Source of the DNA: Anaerohalosphaeraceae bacterium
Lineage (GTDB): Bacteria; Planctomycetota; Phycisphaerae; Sedimentisphaerales; Anaerohalosphaeraceae
Length of the DNA stretch: 64,000 nt
NCBI GenBank assembly: GCA_963675525.2
Contig: CAXXSL010000016.1
Coordinates: 192,001-256,000 of the forward strand
Reading direction: 5' to 3'
Positions 19,750-29,466 of this stretch are shown one piece after another (positions within the stretch are counted from its first letter, which is position 1; each line of letters opens with the position of its first letter). The position numbers were made by a program, and so were the translations under genes. The notes beneath the pieces were generated by a model that was not told where the DNA came from, ran no database searches, and worked only from the letters and a program-made list of their open reading frames with translations.

Positions 19750-20535
19750 TTACTTTTGGTTTTTTCTTTTAAACAATGCTGCCCCCCAGGCGCCGATGAA
19801 TTGAGGGTCAGGGGGCACAATGACCTCTCGGTTTAATCTGCTGGTAAGTTCAGCCACCATGCCTTTATTTAAGGCCACCCCTCCTGCAAAAAACACCTTG
19901 CCCTGATGATCCGAGTTTGTTTGATAATATAACCCTACTATCTGGCCTGAAATGGTATTGTGCAGGGCTTTAATAATATTTTCTTTTTTTTCTCCGGCAG
20001 CAATACAGGAGATAATTTCCGATTCGGCAAATACCGTACAGGTGGATGACAGCTTCAGGACTTTGTCCGCTTTCAGTGACAATTCTCCCAGTTCCTCAAC
20101 GTTAACCCCCAGCGAACCGGAGGTCACTTCAAGGAATTTACCCGTGCCGGCTGAACATTTCTGATTCATCACAAAATCAACCACTTTTCCGGATTCATCG
20201 AGAGCAACAACTTTGCTGTCCTGGCCGCCTACATCGATAATAGTCCGGACATCGGAGTCCATGCTGAATCCGGCGACTGCCATCGCGGTTATTTCTGTAA
20301 TGACATCGTCGGCAAAACGGACTTGTTTTCGACCGTAACCGGTCGCGATGACACCGTCGATTTGTTCTTTTTCGATTTTAAGAGCTGTCAACAGGTCGTC
20401 ATAGCTTCGCCGGCAGGATACCACGATCTCAGATCCCCGCGGAGCGATATTTTTGCCCGCAATGGCACCGGTTTCATCGATCAATACCATTTTTGTATAG
20501 GACGACCCTGCGTCAATGCCGAGCATGTATCTCAT
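19750..20535 (-). CDS. 2-hydroxyacyl-CoA dehydratase activator (HgdC/FldI, BadF/BcrAD-type ASKHA ATPase)
   Basis: GIDAGSSYTK, ATGYGR, IIDVGGQDSK, MNQKCSAGTG, SSTCTVFAESE, GGVALN, GAWGAA; both cluster Cys present. Confidence 0.93.
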   Translation of the reverse strand: MRYMLGIDAGSSYTKMVLIDETGAIAGKNIAPRGSEIVVSCRRSYDDLLTALKIEKEQIDGVIATGYGRKQVRFADDVITEITAMAVAGFSMDSDVRTIIDVGGQDSKVVALDESGKVVDFVMNQKCSAGTGKFLEVTSGSLGVNVEELGELSLKADKVLKLSSTCTVFAESEIISCIAAGEKKENIIKALHNTISGQIVGLYYQTNSDHQGKVFFAGGVALNKGMVAELTSRLNREVIVPPDPQFIGAWGAALFKRKNQK

Positions 20536-21701
20536 GAAGCCCTCAACGTCTCTCTGAACGATTCGATTCGCAGGCCGACCTGCTCTTTTGAATAAAAATC
20601 CGGATTGGCCATGTCAGATTCGATGACCACGGATGGGATTTTGTTCTTTGATAATGCTTTTCGCAACGGAACAATATCGGCCAATGCCCGGCGGCAGCTT
20701 CGGTTGGCATGGCAGATCACACCATCAACCGAATAATCCTTAACTAAACCCATGATCCAATTGATCTTTTGTTCGAGCGACCAATTAAGATAGGTGTTAC
20801 TGTAAGCGGTTATCAAGGATTCCATTTCATCGACCCCATCTTTGTAATCCAGGTCCCACCAGAGGGTATAATCATTTAACACGATCTGAAAGTCAGTATC
20901 GAAACCAGATGGGAATTTGTTGCCAAGAAACCACATTGGATAGCCGTGCCAAAGGAGTCGTGTCGTATCCGTTGATTCAGTTTGCGGCGACTCCTGATTT
21001 TCACGAAGTAGTGCATCGTAGTAATCGCACGCACTTTGGGTCCCTTTTGCTGCTACAATCGGAAAAAGGGCATTGATGAGCTTTTCGGCACGCAATCGAA
21101 TCGGCGATTGTTTGTTCAGTTCATGTACTTTTTTCCAACCCCTGCAGGCCTTTTTGCTGTTTTTAACCTGTTCGGTTAAAATATGAGAATCAATCGTGTT
21201 CGATGTGTGTTCCTGAACAAATGCGACCAAGGACTTATGCTGCCGGCGAATATAGTCCTTCATCGTCGACTGTTGGCCGATCGCATTCGGATAATCAATA
21301 ATAAACAAAGGGATATTTTTCTTCTGAGCCAGCAGTTTAAACCACAGCAGCGTTGTGCCGCATTGGTTATTGGTCGCGATCAGTATATCCGGCTCCGGCA
21401 GGCCGCCATACGGCAATCTGTCATAATGCTCGGCACCAAAATCGATCATGGAATAGGAGCATAAATCCTGCGCAAAGGCCGCCATTTGAGAAGCATGAAT
21501 CATGTCCGGCGCTTTTTTCGACGCCGCACAAACCACCGCATAGCTCTCCGGATACAGACTGACCACCCCCATCGCACGGAGGATTTCGACAGGCGTAAAG
21601 GCCGTAATGTAAGCAATGGGTTTGCCCTCTTTTTTGGCCTGGGCTGCCGTCAGATAATAGTCCGTGAAAATTTTCGTGAGTATGGTTTTACTCGACTCCA
21701 A
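20532..21701 (-). CDS. 2-hydroxyacyl-CoA dehydratase subunit (HgdA/FldB-like)
   Basis: Likely TTG start 21701 after AAGGA; PVEILRAMG..YPES, DLCSY, NNQC, SCRR, IESDM. Confidence 0.88.
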   Translation of the reverse strand: MESSKTILTKIFTDYYLTAAQAKKEGKPIAYITAFTPVEILRAMGVVSLYPESYAVVCAASKKAPDMIHASQMAAFAQDLCSYSMIDFGAEHYDRLPYGGLPEPDILIATNNQCGTTLLWFKLLAQKKNIPLFIIDYPNAIGQQSTMKDYIRRQHKSLVAFVQEHTSNTIDSHILTEQVKNSKKACRGWKKVHELNKQSPIRLRAEKLINALFPIVAAKGTQSACDYYDALLRENQESPQTESTDTTRLLWHGYPMWFLGNKFPSGFDTDFQIVLNDYTLWWDLDYKDGVDEMESLITAYSNTYLNWSLEQKINWIMGLVKDYSVDGVICHANRSCRRALADIVPLRKALSKNKIPSVVIESDMANPDFYSKEQVGLRIESFRETLRAS

Positions 21702-22848
21702 TCGAATTCCTTCCAGCGATTTCAATGAACGACTCGATGCGCAGCAGATCACGCCCGCTCAACGCTGCCCTGTCATGCTCAATCTCAAGCATCAAATAAT
21801 TGATCCTGAGTTTCTTTAAAATGTCGATTTTACTGAGGTAATTATGCACATGCGGCTCACAGAATTTCTGGTTGACGAAAACAACACCGCCTAAATCCAG
21901 TTGCGAAACTCTGTCCCGAAAGGATTGAATATCCACCTGAGGATCCCTGTGCAGTGTCGGGCTGGGGCCGGATCGCAGATACCTTTCGGCAAGATTTTCG
22001 TAGAGATCGCCTTGTGTCTGGACGTCCAGGTCAAAATACCGCATGCCGTTTGTGATATCATCATCAACAATGATCGCTCCACATTGTTCGATCTGATCCA
22101 AGAGCCGGACATTGTCCATCAACGGCCCGATGATCATGATTTTCTTTTTCGATTTATCGCCCTGAAACTGTTGGCCGGTCCCTTCCTGTACCAACTGCTC
22201 CAGTATCTGATTATATTCATTTCGGTCCATGATCAGACCCGCCGTCATTAATGCAATGAGTTGTGAACCGGAGAGAAATGTCCTGATTTCTTTTTTGAGC
22301 TCGTATAATTTGCGCAGGAGACTGCGTGTTTGGTTATATTGATTTATTTTTTCAGTTAAATCCGATTCCGTGAAATTGACACCGGAGATATTTTTTAGTT
22401 CGCCTGCGAATCGCTTGCTCTCTTCGGCAAAATACCGGATTGAATGAGCATCGGCATTAATCGGATGAAACACCGTATAGGCCGACGGATCTTTCACTTC
22501 TGACTCCCACATCTGCCGAAGAAACTTCAATGAGTCACATGAATTGGGAAATATCACATGAGTGAATAAAGAGAATTCGCCGCAACAAGCCACGGCATAG
22601 ACATCCTGAACAAACGAGCAGGCCGGATTAAATAATGTACGGTGATGCGACTGTGACGTATCAAATGAGCCGATGATCCGAACCGGATGGAAACCTGTGG
22701 CGGCAATAATTTCTTCCGGAATATAATTGGAAAAATAGCCGATAAGACCGTGATATTGATCCTTGATCCGTAAAAGGTACTCTTTTCGATAGTCCGGCTG
22801 CGAAACCAGATTTCGGCAATGGTCTAAGATTTTGTCATTTGCTGTCAT
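21688..22848 (-). CDS. 2-hydroxyacyl-CoA dehydratase subunit (HgdB/FldC-like)
   Basis: Likely start MTANDK 22848; YIPEEIIAATGFHPVRI, NPACSFV, PNSCDS, KFCEPH, RIESFIE. Confidence 0.88.
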   Translation of the reverse strand: MTANDKILDHCRNLVSQPDYRKEYLLRIKDQYHGLIGYFSNYIPEEIIAATGFHPVRIIGSFDTSQSHHRTLFNPACSFVQDVYAVACCGEFSLFTHVIFPNSCDSLKFLRQMWESEVKDPSAYTVFHPINADAHSIRYFAEESKRFAGELKNISGVNFTESDLTEKINQYNQTRSLLRKLYELKKEIRTFLSGSQLIALMTAGLIMDRNEYNQILEQLVQEGTGQQFQGDKSKKKIMIIGPLMDNVRLLDQIEQCGAIIVDDDITNGMRYFDLDVQTQGDLYENLAERYLRSGPSPTLHRDPQVDIQSFRDRVSQLDLGGVVFVNQKFCEPHVHNYLSKIDILKKLRINYLMLEIEHDRAALSGRDLLRIESFIEIAGRNSIGVE

Positions 22849-22861
22849 GGTGTAAGCATTA

Positions 22862-23410
22862 TTATGAATGTTTGGCCGGCTTGAAGTCTTCAGGCAATAT
22901 GCCGAGGTGGATGATGTCGATACGCCGGCCAACGACGATTGTTTCCTTCCTCAGTGTGCCCTCGATCCGGAATCCAAGTTTTTTCATTGTGATCAGGCTG
23001 GCGATGTTTTCAGGGCGGGTCTGTGCCCAGATCTTTTCGATCCCCATCTTTTCAAATGCGTATTGTATCAGCAGGCTTTCGGCTTCAAGCATCACACCCT
23101 TGCCCCAGTATTCCTTGTTACCGATAACCAGAACGATTTCAGCGGTTTTTTGTTTGGGGTCGATATTCACCAGGCTGATCGTACCGATCGGTCTGGCTGA
23201 ATCTGTTTCGATCATCAAGTCCTGACGAGATGGGCAATCCTTGATCGTTTCAAACCATCGAACTGTTTTTTCGAGTTCGAAAACCTCATCAAGAATCAAT
23301 GTTTTGCGAATATCCGGATCGTTGTACCATTGTACCTTCAGCGGCAGGTCTTCATGGGTCAACGGTCGAAGCCGAATGTGGTTGCCAGAAATTGTAATGT
23401 CTTTATCCAT
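22862..23410 (-). CDS. GNAT family N-acyltransferase (RimJ/RimL/SpeG/PseH-like)
   Basis: IRLRPL, WYNDP, IGNKEYWGKG, NIASL...KKLGFRIEGTLR. Confidence 0.9.
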   Translation of the reverse strand: MDKDITISGNHIRLRPLTHEDLPLKVQWYNDPDIRKTLILDEVFELEKTVRWFETIKDCPSRQDLMIETDSARPIGTISLVNIDPKQKTAEIVLVIGNKEYWGKGVMLEAESLLIQYAFEKMGIEKIWAQTRPENIASLITMKKLGFRIEGTLRKETIVVGRRIDIIHLGILPEDFKPAKHS

Positions 23411-23428
23411 GGCTGATAAACTGCTCTA

Positions 23429-24673
23429 TCATTCAAATATATAATTACTGAAGATTTCACTGAGGGTTTGTTTTCTTCGAATCAATATATAGGTTCCGCC
23501 TTCATCGGCGACAATCGCCGGAGCGGGATTAATGAACGCTGGACTCATTACAATCGTGTAGGCTCCAATATTGTCAATCCGGATATAATCGCCCGGTTCA
23601 GGCACCGATGTGGTGATGTCTTTCAGCAGAATGTCTTTTTCCATGCAGGTCGAACCGACAACGTCAAAGCCGCCCACCGGCCGCCCTTCGTTTCGGGTTA
23701 TCACCTTATGCGGCAGATTCAGACTGTGGAAAGTCGGCTTAGTGTGAAATGCGCTGCCGTCAACGGTCACGAATACCTGTTCGCGAATCGTTTTAACGCT
23801 GATCACTTTTGTCACAAAACTCAAGCAATCCGCAGCCATCGCAACACCGGGTTCGATCACCAATGTCGGCTGATGCTGCTGTGCCCACGCGTTCTCATTG
23901 AGCACGTTGCAAACAACCTCCGCGTAATTATCAAAGGTCGGCGTATCCTTAAACGGCATGTCCGGATGCATCCGGCCGAAGAATCCCCCGCCGATATTGA
24001 CATACTGAACCGATTCCGAAAAATGCTTTTGGGCCATATCACAGAGCGTTCGAGTGATCACCTCAAAACACCAATTGCTGCGGTCGGTTGTTGATGTATG
24101 ACCGTGAAGACCGATAACTTTCACGTTCCCGGCCGCCAAAAGAAGGTTTTTAACATTCTCCATGTCCACCGGATCAAAACCGAATCGGCCAACCTTGAGG
24201 CTGTTCTGAATATGCGACTGTCCCGCCTCGTCAGAAAGCCCGATGTTAATACGCAGACCGATCTTTATTTCTTTATTCGAATGCTGTTGAGCATAACTCA
24301 AAACAGATTGAATTTCGTATTCAGAATCCAGATTGACAATGCTGTTATTATTCAAAGCCAATTCTATATCATCGGCGGTCTTAACAGGCCCGTTAAAAAT
24401 TATCTTCTCTGGCTCCTGACCGATTTTAACAGCCAGGTCATATTCCATACGGGATACAACTTCAGCCCAACCGCCCTTCTGTTTAACAATGTCACACAGA
24501 TAAGGAATATAGTTCGTCTTGTACGAATAAGCCAGAATAAACGGCTGATACCGCAACGAAAAAACATTTGTCAGGCCATCGAAATTCGCCTCGAACCGTT
24601 TCCGATCAACAATGTAGAACGGCGAACTGTCCGCAAGGGATTCAAGTTTTTTAATGTCGCAATGATTTATCAT
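23429..24673 (-). CDS. PLP-dependent group IV decarboxylase (LysA/BtrK-like)
   Basis: Likely start MINHCD 24673; YSYKTN, FNGP.K, LHGH, NIGGG, IEPG, GSTCMEKD, GAY. Confidence 0.88.
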   Translation of the reverse strand: MINHCDIKKLESLADSSPFYIVDRKRFEANFDGLTNVFSLRYQPFILAYSYKTNYIPYLCDIVKQKGGWAEVVSRMEYDLAVKIGQEPEKIIFNGPVKTADDIELALNNNSIVNLDSEYEIQSVLSYAQQHSNKEIKIGLRINIGLSDEAGQSHIQNSLKVGRFGFDPVDMENVKNLLLAAGNVKVIGLHGHTSTTDRSNWCFEVITRTLCDMAQKHFSESVQYVNIGGGFFGRMHPDMPFKDTPTFDNYAEVVCNVLNENAWAQQHQPTLVIEPGVAMAADCLSFVTKVISVKTIREQVFVTVDGSAFHTKPTFHSLNLPHKVITRNEGRPVGGFDVVGSTCMEKDILLKDITTSVPEPGDYIRIDNIGAYTIVMSPAFINPAPAIVADEGGTYILIRRKQTLSEIFSNYIFE

Positions 24674-24674
24674 G

Positions 24675-25283
24675 TTATTTCGGTGTTCCCATGAATTCGT
24701 CGACCGTAACGTGGCCTTCTTTAGCAATGTCCTTACGGCAGACAACATGCCAAAGCGTTAAAACAAGAATCTTAAAATCCAGCCACAAACATTGGTGATC
24801 CACATACCACACGTCATACTCAAACTTCTGCTCCCATGTCATGTTGTTGCGGCCGTTGACTTGTGCCCAACCGGTGATGCCGGGTTTGACCTCGTGCCGG
24901 CGGTTCTGCTCAAGGGTATAACGATCCAGATATTTGACCATCAGGGGCCGCGGGCCGACCAGCGACATGTCGCCTTTTAGCACATTAAACAGTTCCGGCA
25001 GTTCATCCAGACTCGTTGCCCGCAAACACAGTCCAAAAGGCGTCAGGCGTTTTTCGTCCGGCAATTGATTGCCCTGCTCATCGTGCGTTCGGCTGACCAT
25101 CGTGCGAAACTTATACATGGTAAACAACTTGCAATTCAAGCCGGGACGCTGCTGTTTAAACAGTACTGGAGAGCCTAACTTAACATATACAAGTAAAGCA
25201 GTAAGCAGCAAAACGGGACTGAGCAATAATAATGCGACAAAAACCGCAAAGAGATCAATAAGTCTTTTTAAGCTTTTATACAT
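24675..25283 (-). CDS. Monotopic phosphoglycosyl transferase (PglC-like bacterial sugar transferase)
   Basis: KRLIDL, YKFRTM, SLDELPELFNVLKGDMSLVGPRP, KPGITGWAQVNGRN. Confidence 0.95.
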   Translation of the reverse strand: MYKSLKRLIDLFAVFVALLLLSPVLLLTALLVYVKLGSPVLFKQQRPGLNCKLFTMYKFRTMVSRTHDEQGNQLPDEKRLTPFGLCLRATSLDELPELFNVLKGDMSLVGPRPLMVKYLDRYTLEQNRRHEVKPGITGWAQVNGRNNMTWEQKFEYDVWYVDHQCLWLDFKILVLTLWHVVCRKDIAKEGHVTVDEFMGTPK

Positions 25284-25300
25284 TGGACCAAATCATAAAC

Positions 25301-26359
25301 TTAGTCTGCCTTCGGCAGTTCCCATATTTTGACAGGATAGCTCTGCCGGATATCCGAAGTAGCGAAGAACTGATTATCCGGCGAAAAAGCTATTTTTGAA
25401 ACCAGACGTTCTGCCGGAGTGCATATATGAAAAATCTCATCCGAATCGCTCTTTAAAAGATAAACTTTTGGATTGATCGTAGCAACAAAATACTGACCGT
25501 CGGGACTAAATGCCAAATTCAAAACAGAGTAGTCATTGGTGATCGGACGGATTTCCCCTTCTTCAAGCAATATGATTTTTTTGATTATCTCGCCGGTTTC
25601 GGCATTCAGCTTATATAAAATACCGTCACGATTGCCCGCGAATAAACACTGATGGTCGGGAGAAACAACGACACTGCAAAACTCCAGCGCCGGGTCATAG
25701 GTTGTGTCCCAGAGGATTGCTCCTTTTTCCATATCCACGGCGGCGACCCGGCCTGTCTTTTCTTTACTGCCGACAGCGTAAAGAATCGCTTTTCCATCGA
25801 CTGCGTAATCAATAAAATGTTCACTCTTTTCCTGAACACTCAAGGATACGGGGATTCCTAATATTTCTTTTTCAATATCGACTGTCAAAAATTCGTAAAG
25901 TATTTTCCCCGTAGAATCGACCGGATTTTTGCGAATCAGAGCTATGCTTTTTTTATCGCAAGAAATCCTCGGCCAAACCTCCTGGTCATCCCAACCAACC
26001 GGGATATCTTTCGTTTTCTCCCCGGAGGGTAGACTGTACAGAGACAAAATCTTTTTCCTGGAATCAGATATGGCCGCTAACCGATTGGCATCCAGCAAAA
26101 CAACCCGATCCGTGTGAACATTAAAATCCGCCTCCAACTGCGGCAGAGTGTTCCAGTTCCAACTGGCTACCTGACCACCTTTAAACACACAAACCAATCT
26201 ACTATCTACCGTCTCTAAGAACGAAACCCCTGCATTGTCCGGCACAACCAGAGCAACCATGTCGCCTTTCTTGATGTTGTTGATGACGACAATAAGCATA
26301 ATCAATAAGAACAGACCGCCAAACAGTTTATAGGGTGGCTTACTTTTTGTTTTTTGCAT
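25301..26359 (-). CDS. Membrane-anchored WD40/PQQ-like beta-propeller protein
   Basis: N-terminal TM; VSPDHQ, LAFSPDGQYF, IAFSPDNQFFATS...VKIW repeats. Confidence 0.75.
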   Translation of the reverse strand: MQKTKSKPPYKLFGGLFLLIMLIVVINNIKKGDMVALVVPDNAGVSFLETVDSRLVCVFKGGQVASWNWNTLPQLEADFNVHTDRVVLLDANRLAAISDSRKKILSLYSLPSGEKTKDIPVGWDDQEVWPRISCDKKSIALIRKNPVDSTGKILYEFLTVDIEKEILGIPVSLSVQEKSEHFIDYAVDGKAILYAVGSKEKTGRVAAVDMEKGAILWDTTYDPALEFCSVVVSPDHQCLFAGNRDGILYKLNAETGEIIKKIILLEEGEIRPITNDYSVLNLAFSPDGQYFVATINPKVYLLKSDSDEIFHICTPAERLVSKIAFSPDNQFFATSDIRQSYPVKIWELPKAD

Positions 26360-26431
26360 ATTAATTCTTATATTTAAAATTAAAAGTTTCGTTTTTTATC
26401 GTGCATATTAACTGAACTAAAGCTTTGCCTG

Positions 26432-27634
26432 TTATTTCGATGTATATATCTTTTGGATCACATCAATATACAATTGTGTATTTTTCCTGGAATATTTCTG
26501 TACAGCAGCATTACGACTATTGAATTTGGCTTGAGCCAAGACATCATCATTTTCGTAATAATTTAATATAGCATTTTCAAGTCCCGCAGTATCGCCTAAC
26601 GCAATAACTCTTCCGCACTGCTCGTTTTTTACGATATCTGCTATTTCGCACTCCGGATTGCATATTGCTATTAGCGCATTTCCTGCGGCAAGGCAACCAT
26701 AAAACTTACAGGGAACCAGGGAACCTTCGATCCCATTTGCAATGGTAACAATAGCAATATCCGCAGACGGTAAGGAGAATCGCAACCGGTCCTGAGAAAG
26801 GTACGGCAGGATTAACATGTTCTCCAGATCATGCTTTTCTTTGGCATCCACAACAAACTGCTTCTTGGCCCCATCCCCGATAATGACAAATCGGATATCC
26901 GGATGATCCTTTAATTGTTTTGCTGCCCCAACCAGCGTCTCCATATCATGTGTCGCCCCCATATTCCCCGAATACATGACAATAAACTTACCTTCCAGGC
27001 CATGTTCACGGATAAAGGGATTATCTTCATTTTTAGAAAGCGGCTTAATCTCGTCAACGTCCGCCCAGTTATGAATCACGGCAATATGACCCAATGCCGT
27101 TTTAGAAACATCAAAATCTTTCGCAAGTCTATTCGCCATGTAATCTCCGAGGGTAATCACTGCATCTGCATGATTTAAGGCCACCCTGTTGAGCTTTCTC
27201 CATGTTTTGGCAATAAACCCCTCCTTTAAGACATGCGTTTCCAGCAGAACATCCGGATACTTGTCATACACAAGCATGACATATTTCTGCCCCCTGATCT
27301 TCTTAAATAAACAGCCGATCAAACCCATAAACGGCGGCGTTGTTACAAAAAAAAGTAATGATCGTCTTGAAGAATGCAACATAATCTTCAAGAATACATA
27401 CACATAACAGGTCAGATAAGACAGAGCCCTTGTAACATAATTTTTCCGGTTATAATGCGCCCAGCGAGGAGCATTGATCACATGCAGATTTTCATCGGAT
27501 TCAAACTGAACCACATCCGACACCTCCGTTCCAATCAATGACGGTGACCAGACCTCCGCAAGGTCTCTGGCCAAATCCTGAAAAACCTTAGCGGCCCTCT
27601 GATTTAAAAATAATATCTTAAATTGTACCTTCAT
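26432..27634 (-). CDS. Glycosyltransferase family 4 (WcaI-like)
   Basis: TTPPF, YDKYPD, HNWAD, MYSGNMG, VPCKFYGCLAAG. Confidence 0.9.
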   Translation of the reverse strand: MKVQFKILFLNQRAAKVFQDLARDLAEVWSPSLIGTEVSDVVQFESDENLHVINAPRWAHYNRKNYVTRALSYLTCYVYVFLKIMLHSSRRSLLFFVTTPPFMGLIGCLFKKIRGQKYVMLVYDKYPDVLLETHVLKEGFIAKTWRKLNRVALNHADAVITLGDYMANRLAKDFDVSKTALGHIAVIHNWADVDEIKPLSKNEDNPFIREHGLEGKFIVMYSGNMGATHDMETLVGAAKQLKDHPDIRFVIIGDGAKKQFVVDAKEKHDLENMLILPYLSQDRLRFSLPSADIAIVTIANGIEGSLVPCKFYGCLAAGNALIAICNPECEIADIVKNEQCGRVIALGDTAGLENAILNYYENDDVLAQAKFNSRNAAVQKYSRKNTQLYIDVIQKIYTSK

Positions 27635-27760
27635 TTATTATATTTTAGAATAGCTTGTACATTAAGAACAGCAAGTATAATGCGTTGTCGTCAGGCTAGT
27701 GCATTATTATTCCATAACCATAAATCACAAATTCAGTCAAGCATTGCTTCTACGTTCAAA

Positions 27761-28339
27761 TTAAGAAAGAATCTCACGCTTTTTAATATATTTAGCAGGA
27801 TTACCAGCTACTATTGACCATGCTTCAACGTCATGGACAACAACTGATCTGGCACCAACAACCGCCCCTTCACCAATCGTCACTCCGGGTGCTACAAAAG
27901 CATCGGCACAAATCCATGAATTGTCGGCAATGTGAATCGGATCAAAAGTAGTCATAAATGTTCTTGAAGTATAATCATGGCTTGCAGAACATAAATGTGT
28001 GTTCTGAGAAATAACGACATTTTTGCCAATCGAAATGCCCCCCATATTATAACATATGACATTCGGACCCATTACTGAATTGTCTGCCACACTTAATTTC
28101 CAGGGCATTACAATAGATACAGATGAATAAATATACACATTCCTGCCAATTTTAGCACCAAACACCCTTAATAAAAATCTCCTCCAGCCATGAAACAATC
28201 GCGGAAAACGCGGACTGAACCGAAACAGTAACCAATAGACAACCTGCCAGAGACACCTCATCGCGTTTTGCTGGAAAGTATAGGGGGTGGAGGTTGCACT
28301 CAAATCAACTTTTTTTTTATTTTTAATTTTAGCATCCAA
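27761..28339 (-). CDS. WcaF-like hexapeptide-repeat acetyltransferase
   Basis: WRRFLLRVFGAKIG, MPWKL, SQNTHLCSASHDY, GVTIGEGAVVGARS, AGNPA. Confidence 0.9.
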   Translation of the reverse strand: MDAKIKNKKKVDLSATSTPYTFQQNAMRCLWQVVYWLLFRFSPRFPRLFHGWRRFLLRVFGAKIGRNVYIYSSVSIVMPWKLSVADNSVMGPNVICYNMGGISIGKNVVISQNTHLCSASHDYTSRTFMTTFDPIHIADNSWICADAFVAPGVTIGEGAVVGARSVVVHDVEAWSIVAGNPAKYIKKREILS

Positions 28340-28395
28340 AAGCTTTATCTTTCGTCATTTTTAAATGAATCGCACCTAATTCAGTCTCTTTTCGA

Positions 28396-29460
28396 CTATT
28401 GTTCTAAAAATGTCTTAAATCGTGCCTCAAAAACCTCTGTGTCCTGCTGAACGGTGTGCAAGTATGCTCTGCGGCCAGCATCAAATGTTTCACGATCAAA
28501 TGTCCGTAAATATTGAATTATCTGCTCTTTGATGCCAGACTTCTTATCGATAACAACGCCCAGATTGTACCGTTCGGCCCATTTGGCTTGTTCTGTTCCG
28601 CTGTTCACTATCATGGGTATCCCATATACAGCCGACAAATAGAATCGATTTGACATTAATGTCATACTGTTGATGTCTTCATGTGTCAGGATATTAATAA
28701 ATGATGTACCCTGTAAATGCTTCGGTTCATCTTGTTTTTTATACCGCCCTTGAAAACTCACATTTTGTATTCCCTGGCGGGCAACATATTGTTTTAAAAT
28801 GAGTTCGGTAGGACCGGAGCCAACAAAGCTCATCTCATAGTCCGGCAAATCCGCCAATTCTTGAATCAACTTTTTATTCGCTTCAGGATCTCTCAATGAA
28901 CCGATCGTCAGTATTCTCGATTGGGTTTGGCCTTTAATGGAGGCCTGCATCTCGAACGGTTCAAATTCATTGGTATTATGCCGAATCACATATTCATGAT
29001 CTTTGGGAAGCCACCGCTTGAAACCATGTGACGAAATCACAACCAAGGCAGCGTTTTGAATCGCCGCCGTGAATCTTGTTCGAAAACACTTTAATGCAAC
29101 AGAATAATCTCTGATATCAAAAACAAAGTTATATCTGTACCTGGCTTTCAGAAAAGGAAGCAACAGTAAGGTATTGAAAATGGTAAAAACGACCACTTTA
29201 TCATAATTGCCATTTGCCAGTTTTTCTTTTACAAAGCGCCGATAACGAAGATAGTCTATGATGCGTCCAGGACGGCTCTTGCTTTCTTTTAAGGTCAGCG
29301 CCTGTACGGCTGTTTCTTCCACTCCTAATCGGTTCCAGGAGATAACATCATAAGGAATATCAAGCCGGTCCAGTATTTCCGTGTAATAACGGACATAGGG
29401 GGCGTTATAAAGATTACTGGCTAAAATTATTGCGACATTCGGTTTTTCGCTTGTTTTCAT
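28396..29460 (-). CDS. GT-B fold glycosyltransferase (capsular biosynthesis type)
   Basis: PYVRYY, ISWNR, FDIRDYS, ISS.GFK.WLP, IGSLR, SNRFY. Confidence 0.75.
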   Translation of the reverse strand: MKTSEKPNVAIILASNLYNAPYVRYYTEILDRLDIPYDVISWNRLGVEETAVQALTLKESKSRPGRIIDYLRYRRFVKEKLANGNYDKVVVFTIFNTLLLLPFLKARYRYNFVFDIRDYSVALKCFRTRFTAAIQNAALVVISSHGFKRWLPKDHEYVIRHNTNEFEPFEMQASIKGQTQSRILTIGSLRDPEANKKLIQELADLPDYEMSFVGSGPTELILKQYVARQGIQNVSFQGRYKKQDEPKHLQGTSFINILTHEDINSMTLMSNRFYLSAVYGIPMIVNSGTEQAKWAERYNLGVVIDKKSGIKEQIIQYLRTFDRETFDAGRRAYLHTVQQDTEVFEARFKTFLEQ

Positions 29461-29466
29461 CGTTGA

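Noticed and set aside
19750..22848. Benzoyl-CoA reductase or amino-acid fermentation operon
   Set aside because: There is a single homodimer-type activator rather than a BcrA/BcrD pair, and no aromatic-degradation, CoA-transferase or ETF genes nearby. Not excluded biochemically, but the context does not support it.
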